Assembly: GCA_964016885.1 (NCBI GenBank)
Contig: OZ024743.1
Span: 135,408,001 to 135,472,000, forward strand
Reading direction: 5' to 3'
DNA length: 64,000 nt
From: Eledone cirrhosa
Taxonomy: Eukaryota
The notes under the pieces were generated by a model that was given only the letters and a program-made list of their open reading frames with translations, was not told the DNA's origin and made no database searches. The translations under genes were made by a program, and so were the position numbers. Positions 38,801 to 51,200 of this stretch are shown here, one piece after another (positions within the stretch are counted from its first letter, which is position 1; every line of letters begins with the position of its first letter).

Positions 38801-41800
38801 CTTGTGTTTGGTGCTTGGTACTTGGGGCTTGGTCTTTGGTTCTCGGTGTTTGGTGTTTGGTGCTTGGTGCTTGGTGTTTGGTGCTTGGTGCTTGGTGCTG
38901 GGTGGTTGGTGTTTGGTGCTTGGTGCTTGGTGTTTGGTGTTTGGTGTTTGGTGCTTGGTGCTTGGTGTTTGATGCTTGGTGCTTGGTGCTTGGTGTTTGG
39001 TGCTTGGTGTATGTACTTGGTGCTTGTTGCTTGGTGTTTGGTGCTTGGTTCTTGGTGTTTGGTGATTGGTGCTTGGTGCTTGGTGTTTGGTGCTTGGTGC
39101 TTGGTACTTGGTGCTTGGTGTTTGGTGTGTGGTGCTTGGTGTATGGTGCTTGGTGCTTGGTGCTTGGTGTTAAGTGTTTGGTGATTGGTGCTTGGTGTTT
39201 GGTGCTTGGTGCTTGGTGCTTGGTGTTTGGTGCATGGTGCTTGGTGTTTGGTGCTTGGTGCCTGGTGCTTGGTGTTTGGTCCTTGGTGCTTGGTGCTTGG
39301 TCTTTGGTGCTTGGGGTTTGGTGTTTGGCGCTTGGTGCTTGGTGTTTGGTGCTTGGTGCTTGGTGCTTGGTGCTTGGTGTTTGGTGCTCGGTGCTTGGTG
39401 CTTGGTGTTTGGTGCTTGGTGCTTGGTGATTAGTGTTTGGTGATTGGTGCTTCGTGTTTGGTGTTTGGTGCTTGGTGTTTGGTGCTTGGTGCTTGCTGTT
39501 TGGTGTTTGGTGTTTGGTACTTGGTGCTTGGTATTTGGTGTTTGGTGTTTGGTGCTTGGTGCTTGGTGCTTGGTGTTTGGTGCTTGGTGTTTGGTGCTGC
39601 GTGCTTGGTGTTTGGTGTTTGGTGCTTGGTGCCTGGTGCTTGTGGTTTGGTGTTTGGTGCTTAGTGCTTGCTGTTTGGTGTTTGGTGTTTGGTGCTTGGT
39701 GCTTGGTGCCTGGTGTTTCGTGCTTGGTGCTTGGTGCTTGGTGTTTGGTGTTTGGTGCTTGGTGTTTGGTGTTTGGTACTTGGTGCTTGGTGCTTGGTGC
39801 TTGGTGTTTGGTGCTTGGTGCTTGGTGCTTGGTGTTTGGTGTTTGGTGTTTGGTGCTTGGTGTTTGGTGCTTGGTGCTTGGTGCTGGGTGGTTGGAGTTT
39901 GGTGCTTGGTGCTTGGTGTTTGGTGCTTGGTGCTTAGTGCTTGTTGTTTGGTGCTTGGTACTTGGGGCTTGGTCTTTGGTTCTTGGTGTTTGGTGTTTGG
40001 TGCTTGGTGCTTGGTGTTTGGTGCTTGGTGCTTGGTGCTGGGTGGTTGGTGTTTGGTGCTTGGTGCTTGGTGTTTGGTGCTTGGTGCTTGGTGCTTGGTG
40101 CTGGGTGGTTGGTGCTTGGTGCTTGGTCTTTGGTTCTTGGTGTTTGGTGTTTGGTGCTTGGTGCTTGGTGTTTGGTGCTTGGTGCTTGGTGCTTGGTGTT
40201 TGGCGCTTGGTGTATGTACTTGGTGCTTGTTGCTTGGTGTTTGGTGCTTGGTTCTTGGTGTTTGGTGATTGGTGCTTGGTGCTTGGTGTTTGGTGCTTGG
40301 TGCTTGGTGTTTGGTACTTGGTGCTTGGTGTTTGGTGTGTGGTGCTTGGTGTATGGTGCTTGGTGCTTGGTGCTTGGTGTTAAGTGTTTGGTGATTGGTG
40401 CTTGGTGTTTGGTGCTTGGTGCTTGGTGCTTGGTGTTTGGTGCATGGTGCTTGGTGTTTGGTGCTTGGTGCCTGGTGCTTGGTGTTTGGTCCTTGGTGCT
40501 TGGTGCTTGGTCTTTGGTGCTTGGGGTTTGGTGTTTGGCGCTTGGTGCTTGGTGTTTGGTGCTTGGTGCTTGGTGCTTGGTGCTTGGTGTTTGGTGCTTG
40601 GTGCTTGGTGCTTGGTGTTTGGTGCTTGGTGCTTGGTGATTAGTGTTTGGTGATTGGTGCTTCGTGTTTGGTGTTTGGTGCTTGGTGTTTGGTGCTTGGT
40701 GCTTGCTGTTTGGTGTTTGGTGTTTGGTACTTGGTGCTTGGTATTTGGTGTTTGGTGTTTGGTGCTTGGTGCTTGGTGCTTGGTGTTTGGTGCTTGGTGT
40801 TTGGTGCTGCGTGCTTGGTGTTTGGTGTTTGGTGCTTGGTGCCTGGTGCTTGTGGTTTGGTGTTTGGTGCTTAGTGCTTGCTGTTTGGTGTTTGGTGTTT
40901 GGTGCTTGGTGCTTGGTGCCTGGTGTTTCGTGCTTGGTGCTTGGTGCTTGGTGTTTGGTGTTTGGTGCTTGGTGTTTGGTGTTTGGTACTTGGTGCTTGG
41001 TGCTTGGTGCTTGGTGTTTGGTGCTTGGTGCTTGGTGCTTGGTGTTTGATGCTGCATGCTTGGTGTTTGGTGTTTGGTGCTTGGTGCTTGGTTTTTGGTG
41101 TTTGGTGCTTGGTGCCTGGTGCTTGTTGTTTGGTGTTTGGTGCTTGGTGCTTGGTGCTTGGTGTTTGGTGCTTGGTGCTTGGTATCTGGTGTTTGGTGCT
41201 TGGTGTTTGGTGTTTGGTGCTTGGTGCTTGGTGCTTGGTGTTTGATGTTTGGTTCCTGGTGATTGGTGTTTGGTGCTTGGTGTTTGGTGTTTGATGTTTG
41301 ATGCTTGGTGTTTGCTGTCTGGTGCTTGTTGCTTGGTTTTTTGTGTTTGGTGATTGGTGCTTGGTGCCTGGTGCTTGGTGCTTGGTGCTTGTTGTTTGGT
41401 GCTTGGTGCTTGGTGATTAGTTTTTGGTGCTTGGTGCTTGCGGTTTGGTGTTTGGTGCTTGGGGTATGGTGTTTGGTGCTTGGTGCTTGGTGTTTGGTGC
41501 TTGGTGCTTCGTGCTTGGTCTTTGGTGCTTGTTGCTTGGTGTTTGGTGCTTGGTGCTTGGTGTTTGGTGCTTGGTGTTTGGTGCTTGGTGCTTGGTGCTT
41601 GGTCCTTGGTGTTAGGTGTTTGGTGCTTGGTGCTTGGTGTTTGATGTTTGGTCCTTGGTGCTTGGTGTTTGGTGTTTGGTGCTTGGTGCTTGGTGTTTGG
41701 TGTTTGGTGCTTGCTGCTTGGTGCTTGGTGTTTTGTGTTTGGAGTTTGGTGCTTGGTGTTTGGTGCTTCTGTCTTGGTGCTTGGTGTTTGGAGCTTGATG

Positions 41801-42200
41801 CTTGGTGTTTGGTGCTTGGTGCTTGGTGATTGGTCTTTGGTGTTTGGTGCTTGCTGCTTGCTGCTTGGTGTTTGGTGCTTGGTGATTGGTGTTTGGTGTT
41901 TGGTGCTAGGGGCTTGGTGCTTGGTGCTTGGTGTTTGGTGCTTGGTGCTTGCTGTTTGGTGTTTGGTGCTTGGTGCGTGGGACTTCGTGTTTGGTGTTTG
42001 GTGCTTGGTGTTTGGTGCTTGGTGTTTGGGGCTTGGTGTTCGGTGCTTGGTGCTTGGTGCTTCGTGCTTGGTGTTTGGTGTTTGGTGCTGGTGCTTGGTG
42101 TTTGATGTTGGGTCCTTGGTGCTTGGTGTTTGGTGTTTGGTGCTTGGTGTTTGGTGTTTGGTGCTTGCTGCTTGCTGCTTGTTGTTTCGTTCTTTGTGAT
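34450..42200. repeat. Nested duplications with offsets 2327, 1210 and 5935 bp
   Basis: ORFs at 34708/37106/39433/40643 (2398+2327+1210=5935), 36195/38522 (2327) and 35370/41305 (5935). Confidence 0.85.
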
Positions 42201-45200
42201 TGGTGCTTGGTGCTTGGTGTTTGGTGCTTGGTGCTTGGTGTTTGGTGTTTGGTGCTTGGTGCTTGTGGCTTGGTGTTTGGTGCTTGGTGCTTGGTGCTTG
42301 GTGTTTGGTGTTTGGTGTTTGGTGCTTGGTGTTTGGTGCTTGGTGCTTGGTGCTGGGTGGTTGGAGTTTGGTGCTTGGTGCTTGGTGTTTGGTGCTTGGT
42401 GCTTAGTGCTTGTTGTTTGGTGCTTGGTACTTGGGGCTTGGTCTTTGGTTCTTGGTGTTTGGTGTTTGGTGCTTGGTGCTTGGTGTTTGGTGCTTGGTGC
42501 TTGGTGCTGGGTGGTTGGTGTTTGGTGCTTGGTGCTTGGTGTTTGGTGCTTGGTGCTTGGTGCTTGGTGCTGGGTGGTTGGTGCTTGGTGCTTGGTCTTT
42601 GGTTCTTGGTGTTTGGTGTTTGGTGCTTGGTGCTTGGTGTTTGGTGCTTGGTGCTTGGTGCTTGGTGTTTGGTGCTTGGTGCTTGGTGATTAGTGTTTGT
42701 TGTTTGGTGCTTGGGGTTTGATGGTTGGTGCTTGGTGCTTGGTGTTTGGTGTTTGGTGTTTGGAGTTTGGTGCTTGGTGTTTGGTGCTTCGGTCTTGGTG
42801 CTTGGTGTTTGGTGCTTGGTGCTTGGTGTTTGGTGCTTGGTGCCTGGTGCTTGGTGTTTGGTGCATGGTGCTTGGTGTTTGGTGATTGGTGCTTGGTGTT
42901 TGGTGCTTGGTGCTTGGTGCTTGGTGCTTGGTGTTAAGTGTTTGGTGCTTGGTGCTTGGTGTTTGATGTTTGGTGCTTGGTGCTTGGTGTTTGGTGTTTG
43001 GTGCTTGCTGCTTGGTGTTTGGTGTTTGGTGTTTGCTGCTTGCTGCTTGGTGTTTGGTGCTTGGTGATTGGTGTTTGGTGTTTGGTACTAGGGGCTTGGT
43101 GCTTGGTGCTTGGTGTTTGGTGCTTGGTGCTTGCTGTTTGGTGTTTGGTGCTTGGTGCGTGGGACTTCGTGTTTGGTGTTTGGTGCTTGGTGTTTGGTGC
43201 TTGGTGTTTGGGGCTTGGTGTTCGGTGCTTGGTGCTTGGTGCTTCGTGCTTGGTGTTTGGTGTTTGGTGCTTGGTGCTTGGTGTTTGATGTTGGGTCCTT
43301 GGTGCTTGGTGTTTGGTGTTTGGTGCTTGGTGTTTGGTGTTTGGTGCTTGCTGCTTGCTGCTTGTTGTTTCGTTCTTTGTGATTGGTGCTTGGTGCTTGG
43401 TGTTTGGTGCTTGGTGCTTGGTGTTTGGTGTTTGGTGCTTGGTGCTTGGTGCTTGGTGTTTGGTGTTTGGTGTTTGGTGCTTGGTGTTTGGTGCTTGGTG
43501 CTTGGTGCTGGGTGGTTGGAGTTTGGTGCTTGGTGCTTGGTGTTTGGTGCTTGGTGCTTAGTGCTTGTTGTTTGGTGCTTGGTGCTTGGGGCTTGGTCTT
43601 TGGTTCTTGGTGTTTGGTGTTTGGTGCTTGGTGCTTGGTGTTTGGTGCTTGGTGCTTGGTGCTGGGTGGTTGGTGTTTGGTGATGGGGGCTTGGTGTTTG
43701 GTGCTTGGTGCTTGGTGCTTGTTGCTGGGTGGTTGGTGCTTGGTGCTTGGTCTTTGGTTCTTGGTGTTTGGTGTTTGGTGCTTGGTGCTTGGTGTTTGGT
43801 GATTGGTGCTTGGTGCTTGGTGTTTGGTGCTTGGTGCTTGGTGATTAGTGTTTGTTGTTTGGTGCTTGGGGTTTGGTGGTTGGTGCTTGGTGCCTGGTGC
43901 TTGTTGTTTGGTGTTTGGTGCTTGGTGCTTGGTGCTTGGTGTTTGGTGCTTGGTGCTTGGTATCTGGTGTTTGGTGCTTGGTGTTTGGTGTTTGGTGCTT
44001 GGTGCTTGGTGCTTGGTGTTTGGTGTTTGGTTCCTGGTGATTGGTGTTTGGAGCTTGGTGTTTGGTGTTTGATGTTTGATGCTTGGTGTTTGCTGTTTGG
44101 TGCTTGGTGCTTGGTTTTTTGTGTTTGGTGCTTGGTGCTTGGTGCCTGGTGCTTGTTGCTTGGTGCTTGTTGTTTGGTGCTTGGTGCTTGGTGATTAGTG
44201 TTTGGTGCTTGGTGCTTGCGGTTTGGTGTTTGGTGCTTAGGGTTTGGTGTTTGGTGCTTGGTGCTTGGTGTTTGGTGCTTGGTGCTTGGTGCTTGGTCTT
44301 TGGTGCTTGTTGCTTGGTGTTTGGTGCTTGGTGCTTGGTGTTTGGTGCTTGGTGTTTGGTGCTTGGTGCTTGGTGCTTGGTCCTTGGTGTTAGGTGTTTG
44401 GTGCTTGGTGCTTGGTGTTTGATGTTTGGTCCTTGGTGCTTGGTGTTTGGTGTTTGGTGCTTGGTGCTTGGTGTTTTGTGTTTGGAGTTTGGTGCTTGGT
44501 GTTTGGTGCTTCGGTCTTGGTGCTTGGTGTTTGGTGCTTGGTGCTTGGTGTTTGGTGCTTGGTGCCTGGTGCTTGGTGTTTGGTGCATGGTGCTTGGTGT
44601 TTGGTGATTGGTGCTTGGTGTTTGGTGCTTGGTGCTTGGTGCTTGGTGCTTGGTGTTAAGTGTTTGGTGCTTGGTGCTTGGTGTTTGATGTTTGGTGCTT
44701 GGTGCTTGGTGTTTGGTGTTTGGTGCTTGCTGCTTGGTCTTTGGTGTTTGGTGCTTGCTGCTTGCTGCTTGGTGTTTGGTGCTTGGTGATTGGTGTTTGG
44801 TGTTTGGTGCTAGGGGCTTGGTGCTTGGTGCTTGGTGTTTGGTGTTTGGTGCTTGGTGCGTGGGACTTCGTGTTTGGTGTTTGGTGCTTGGTGTTTGGTG
44901 CTTGGTGTTTGGGGCTTGGTGTTCGGTTCTTGGTGCTTGGTGCTTCGTGCTTGGTGTTTGGTGTTTGGTGCTGGTGCTTGGTGTTTGATGTTGGGTCCTT
45001 GGTGCTTGGTGTTTGGTGTTTGGTGCTTGGTGTTTGGTGCTTGCTGCTTGCTGCTTGTTGTTTCGTTCTTTGTGATTGGTGCTTGGTGCTTGGTGTTTTG
45101 TGTTTGGAGTTTGGTGCTTGGTGTTTGGTGCTTCGGTCTTGGTGCTTGGTGTTTGGTGCTTGGTGCTTGGTGTTTGGTGCTTGGTGCCTGGTGCTTGGTG

Positions 45201-48200
45201 TTTGGTGCATGGTGCTTGGTGTTTGGTGATTGGTGCTTGGTGTTTGGTGCTTGGTGCTTGGTGCTTGGTGCTTGGTGTTAAGTGTTTGGTGCTTGGTGCT
45301 TGGTGTTTGATGTTTGGTGCTTGGTGCTTGGTGTTTGGTGTTTGGTGCTTGCTGCTTGGTCTTTGGTGTTTGGTGCTTGCTGCTTGCTGCTTGGTGTTTG
45401 GTGCTTGGTGATTGGTGTTTGGTGTTTGGTGCTAGGGGCTTGGTGCTTGGTGCTTGGTGTTTGGTGTTTGGTGCTTGGTGCGTGGGACTTCATGTTTGGT
45501 GTTTGGTGCTTGGTGTTTGGTGCTTGGTGTTTGGGGCTTGGTGTTCGGTTCTTGGTGCTTGGTGCTTCGTGCTTGGTGTTTGGTGTTTGGTGCTGGTGCT
45601 TGGTGTTTGATGTTGGGTCCTTGGTGCTTGGTGTTTGGTGTTTGGTGCTTGGTGTTTGGTGTTTGGTGCTTGCTGCTTGCTGCTTGTTGTTTCGTTCTTT
45701 GTGATTGGTGCTTGGTGCTTGGTGTTTGGTGCTTGGTGCTTGGTGTTTGGTGTTTGGTGCTTGGTGCTTGGGGCTTGGTGTTTGGTGCTTGGTGCTTGGT
45801 GCTTGGTGTTTGGTGTTTGGTGTTTGGTGCTTGGTGTTTGGTGCTTGGTGCTTGGTGCTGGGTGGTTGGAGTTTGGTGCTTGGTGCTTGGTGTTTGGTGC
45901 TTGGTGCTTAGTGCTTGTTGTTTGGTGATTGGTGCTTGGGGCTTGGTCTTTGGTTCTTGGTGTTTGGTGTTTGGTGCTTGGTGCTTGGTGTTTGGTGCTT
46001 GGTGCTTGGTGCTGGGTGGTTGGTGTTTGGTGCTTGGTGCTTGGTGTTTGGTGCTTGGTGCTTGGTGCTTGGTGCTGGGTGGTTGGTGCTTGGTGCTTGG
46101 TCTTTGGTTCTTGGTGTTTGGTGTTTGGTGCTTGGTGCTCGGTGTTTGGTGCTTGGTGCTTGGTGCTTGGTGTTTGGTGCTTGGTGCTTGGTGATTAGTG
46201 TTTGTTGTTTGGTGCTTGGGGTTTTGTGGTTGGTGCTTGGTGCTTGGTGTTTGGTGTTTGGTGTTTGGAGTTTGGTGCTTGGTGTTTGGTGCTTCGGTCT
46301 TGGTGCTTGGTGTTTGGTGCTTGGTGCTTGGTGTTTGGTGCTTGGTGCCTGGTGCTTGGTGTTTGGTGCATGGTGCTTGGTGTTTGGTGATTGGTGCTTG
46401 GTGTTTGGTGCTTGGTGCTTGGTGCTTGGTGCTTGGTGTTAAGTGTTTGGTGCTTGGTGCTTGGTGTTTGATGTTTGGTGCTTGGTGCTTGGTGTTTGGT
46501 GTTTGGTGCTTGCTGCTTGGTGTTTGGTGTTTGGTGTTTGCTGCTTGCTGCTTGGTGTTTGGTGCTTGGTTATAGGTGTTTGGTGTTTGGTACTAGGGGC
46601 TTGGTGCTTGGTGCTTGGTGTTTGGTGCTTGGTGCTTGCTGTTTGGTGTTTGGTGCTTGGTGCGTGGGACTTCGTGTTTGGTGTTTGGTGCTTGGTGTTT
46701 GGTGCTTGGTGTTTGGGGCTTGGTGTTCGGTGCTTGGTGCTTGGTGCTTCGTGCTTGGTGTTTGGTGTTTGGTGCTTGGTGCTTGGTGTTTGATGTTGGG
46801 TCCTTGGTGCTTGGTGTTTGGTGTTTGGTGCTTGGTGTTTGGTGTTTGGTGCTTGCTGCTTGCTGCTTGTTGTTTCGTTCTTTGTGATTGGTGCTTGGTG
46901 CTTGGTGTTTGGTGCTTGGTGCTTGGTGTTTGGTGTTTGGTGCTTGGTGCTTGGTGCTTGGTGTTTGGTGTTTGGTGTTTGGTGCTTGGTGTTTGGTGCT
47001 TGGTGCTGGGTGGTTGGAGTTTGGTGCTTGGTGCTTGGTGTTTGGTGCTTGGTGCTTAGTGCTTGTTGTTTGGTGCTTGGTGCTTGGGGCTTGGTCTTTG
47101 GTTCTTGGTGTTTGGTGTTTGGTGCTTGGTGCTTGGTGTTTGGTGCTTGGTGCTTGGTGCTGGGTGGTTGGTGTTTGGTGATGGGGGCTTGGTGTTTGGT
47201 GCTTGGTGCTTGGTGCTTGTTGCTGGGTGGTTGGTGCTTGGTGCTTGGTCTTTGGTTCTTGGTGTTTGGTGTTTGGTGCTTGGTGCTTGGTGTTTGGTGC
47301 TTGGTGCTTGGTGCTTGGTGTTTGGTGCTTGGTGCTTGGTGATTAGTGTTTGTTGTTTGGTGCTTGGGGTTTGGTGGTTGGTGCTTGGTGCCTGGTGCTT
47401 GTTGTTTGGTGTTTGGTGCTTGGTGCTTGGTGCTTGGTGTTTGGTGCTTGGTGCTTGGTATCTGGTGTTTGGTGCTTGGTGTTTGGTGTTTGGTGCTTGG
47501 TGCTTGGTGCTTGGTGTTTGGTGTTTGGTTCCTGGTGATTGGTGTTTGGAGCTTGGTGTTTGGTGTTTGATGTTTGATGCTTGGTGTTTGCTGTTTGGTG
47601 CTTGGTGCTTGGTTTTTTGTGTTTGGTGCTTGGTGCTTGGTGCCTGGTGCTTGGTACTTGGTGCTTGTTGTTTGGTGCTTGGTGCTTGGTGATTAGTGTT
47701 TGGTGCTTGGTGCTTGCGGTTTGGTGTTTGGTGCTTGGGGTTTGGTGTTTGGTGCTTGGTGCTTGGTGTTTGGTGCTTGGTGCTTGGTGCTTGGTCTTTG
47801 GTGCTTGTTGCTTGGTGTTTGGTGCTTGGTGCTTGGTGCTTGGTGTTTGATGTTTGGTCCTTGGTGCTTGGTGTTTGGTGTTTGGTGCTTGGTGCTTGGT
47901 GTTTGGTGTTTGGTGCTTGCTGCTTGGTGCTTGGTGTTTTGTGTTTGGAGTTTGGTGCTTGGTGTTTGGTGCTTCGGTCTTGGTGCTTGGTGTTTGGTGC
48001 TTGGTGCTTGGTGTTTGGTGCTTGGTGCCTGGTGCTTGGTGTTTGGTGCATGGTGCTTGGTGTTTGGTGATTGGTGCTTGGTGTTTGGTGCTTGGTGCTT
48101 GGTGCTTGGTGCTTGGTGTTAAGTGTTTGGTGCTTGGTGCTTGGTGTTTGATGTTTGGTGCTTGGTGCTTGGTGTTTGGTGTTTGGTGCTTGCTGCTTGG

Positions 48201-51200
48201 TCTTTGGTGTTTGGTGCTTGCTGCTTGCTGCTTGGTGTTTGGTGCTTGGTGATTGGTGTTTGGTGTTTGGTGCTAGGGGCTTGGTGCTTGGTGCTTGGTG
48301 TTTGGTGCTTGGTGCTTGCTGTTTGGTGTTTGGTGCTTGGTGCGTGGGACTTCGTGTTTGGTGTTTGGTGCTTGGTGTTTGGTGCTTGGTGTTTGGGGCT
48401 TGGTGTTCGGTTCTTGGTGCTTGGTGCTTCGTGCTTGGTGTTTGGTGTTTGGTGCTGGTGCTTGGTGTTTGATGTTGGGTCCTTGGTGCTTGGTGTTTGG
48501 TGTTTGGTGCTTGGTGTTTGGTGTTTGGTGCTTGCTGCTTGCTGCTTGTTGTTTCGTTCTTTGTGATTGGTGCTTGGTGCTTGGTGTTTGGTGCTTGGTG
48601 CTTGGTGTTTGGTGTTTGGTGCTTGGTGCTTGGGGCTTGGTGTTTGGTGCTTGGTGCTTGGTGCTTGGTGTTTGGTGTTTGGTGTTTGGTGCTTGGTGTT
48701 TGGTGCTTGGTGCTTGGTGCTGGGTGGTTGGAGTTTGGTGCTTGGTGCTTGGTGTTTGGTGCTTGGTGCTTAGTGCTTGTTGTTTGGTGATTGGTGCTTG
48801 GGGCTTGGTCTTTGGTTCTTGGTGTTTGGTGTTTGGTGCTTGGTGCTTGGTGTTTGGTGCTTGGTGCTTGGTGCTGGGTGGTTGGTGTTTGGTGCTTGGT
48901 GCTTGGTGTTTGGTGCTTGGTGCTTGGTGCTTGGTGCTGGGTGGTTGGTGCTTGGTGCTTGGTCTTTGGTTCTTGGTGTTTGGTGTTTGGTGCTTGGTGC
49001 TTGGTGTTTGGTGCTTGGTGCTTGGTGCTTGGTGTTTGGTGCTTGGTGCTTGGTGATTAGTGTTTGTTGTTTGGTGCTTGGGGTTTTGTGGTTGGTGCTT
49101 GGTGCTTGGTGTTTGGTGTTTGGTGTTTGGAGTTTGGTGCTTGGTGTTTGGTGCTTCGGTCTTGGTGCTTGGTGTTTGGTGCTTGGTGCTTGGTGTTTGG
49201 TGCTTGGTGCCTGGTGCTTGGTGTTTGGTGCATGGTGCTTGGTGTTTGGTGATTGGTGCTTGGTATTTGGTGCTTGGTGCTTGGTGCTTGGTGCTTGGTG
49301 TTAAGTGTTTGGTGCTTGGTGCTTGGTGTTTGATGTTTGGTGCTTGGTGCTTGGTGTTTGGTGTTTGGTGCTTGCTGCTTGGTGTTTGGTGTTTGGTGCT
49401 TGCTGCTTGCTGCTTGGTGTTTGGTGCTTGGTGATTGGTGTTTGGTGTTTGGTACTAGGGGCTTGGTGCTTGGTGTTTGGTGCTTGGTGCTTGCTGTTTG
49501 GTGTTTGGTGTTGGTGCGTGGGACTTCGTGTTTGGTGTTTGGTGCTTGGTGTTTGGTGCTTGGTGTTTGGGGCTTGGTGTTCGGTGCTTGGTGCTTGGTG
49601 CTTCGTGCTTGGTGTTTGGTGTTTGGTGCTTGGTGCTTGGTGTTTGATGTTGGGTCCTTGGTGCTTGGTGTTTGGTGTTTGGTGCTTGGTGTTTGGTGTT
49701 TGGTGCTTGCTGCTTGCTGCTTGTTGTTTCGTTCTTTGTGATTCGTGCTTGGTGCTTGGTGTTTGGTGCTTGGTGCTTGGTGTTTGGTGTTTGGTGCTTG
49801 GTGCTTGGGGCTTGGTGTTTGGTGCTTGGTGCTTGGTGCTTGGTGTTTGGTGTTTGGTGTTTGGTGCTTGGTGTTTGGTGCTTGGTGCTTGGTGCTGGGT
49901 GGTTGGAGTTTGGTGCTTGGTGCTTGGTGTTTGGTGCTTTGTGCTTGGTGCTTGGTGCTGGGTGGTTGGTGCTTGGTACTTGGTCTTTGGTTCTTGGTGT
50001 TTGGTGTTTGGTGCTTGGTGCTTGGTGTTTGGTGCTTGGTGCTTGGTGCTTGGTGTTTGGTGTTTGGTGCTTGGTGATTAGTGTTTGTTGTTTGGTGCTT
50101 GGGGCTTGGTGGTTGGTGCTTGGTGCCTGGTGCTTGTTGTTTGGTGCTTGGTGCTTGGTGATTAGTGTTTGGTGCTTGGTGCTTGCGGTTTGGTGTTTGG
50201 TGCTTGGGGTTTGGTGTTTGGTGCTTGGTGCTTGGTGTTTGGTGCTTCGGTCTTGGTGCTTGGTGTTTGGTGCTTGGTGCTTGGTGTTTGGTGCTTGGTG
50301 CCTGGTGCTTGGTGTTTGGTGCATGGTGCTTGGTGTTTGGTGATTGGTGCTTGGTGTTTGGTGCTTGGTGCTTGGTGCTTGGTGCTTGGTGTTAAGTGTT
50401 TGGTGCTTGGTGCTTGGTGTTTGATGTTTGGTGCTTGGTGCTTGGTGTTTGGTGCTTGGTGATTGGTGTTTGGTGTTTGGTGCTAGGGGCTTGGTGCTTG
50501 GTGCTTGGTGTTTGGTGCTTGGTGCTTGCTGTTTGGTGTTTGGTGCTTGGTGCGTGGGACTTCGTGTTTGGTGTTTGGTGCTTGGTGTTTGGTGCTTGGT
50601 GTTTGGGGCTTGGTGTTCGGTGCTTGGTGCTTGGTGCTTCGTGCTTGGTGTTTGGTGTTTGGTGCTGGTGCTTGGTGTTTGATGTTGGGTCCTTGGTGCT
50701 TGGTGTTTGGTGTTTGGTGCTTGGTGTTTGGTGTTTGGTGCTTGCTGCTTGCTGCTTGTTGTTTCGTTCTTTGTGATTGGTGCTTGGTGCTTGGTGTTTG
50801 GTGCTTGGTGCTTGGTGTTTGGTGTTTGGTGCTTGGTGCTTGGGGCTTGGTGTTTGGTGCTTGGTGCTTGGTGCTTGGTGTTTGGTGTTTGGTGTTTGGT
50901 GCTTGGTGTTTGGTGCTTGGTGCTTGGTGCTGGGTGGTTGGAGTTTGGTGCTTGGTGCTTGGTGTTTGGTGCTTGGTGCTTAGTGCTTGTTGTTTGGTGC
51001 TTGGTGCTTGGAGCTTGGTCTTTGGTTCTTGGTGTTTGGTGTTTGGTGCTTGGTGCTTGGTGTTTGGTGCTTGGTGCTTGGTGCTGGGTGGTTGGTGTTT
51101 GGTGCTTGGTGCTTGGTGTTTGGTGCTTGGTGCTTGGTGCTTGGTGCTGGGTGGTTGGTGCTTGGTGCTTGGTCTTTGGTTCTTGGTGTTTGGTGTTTGG

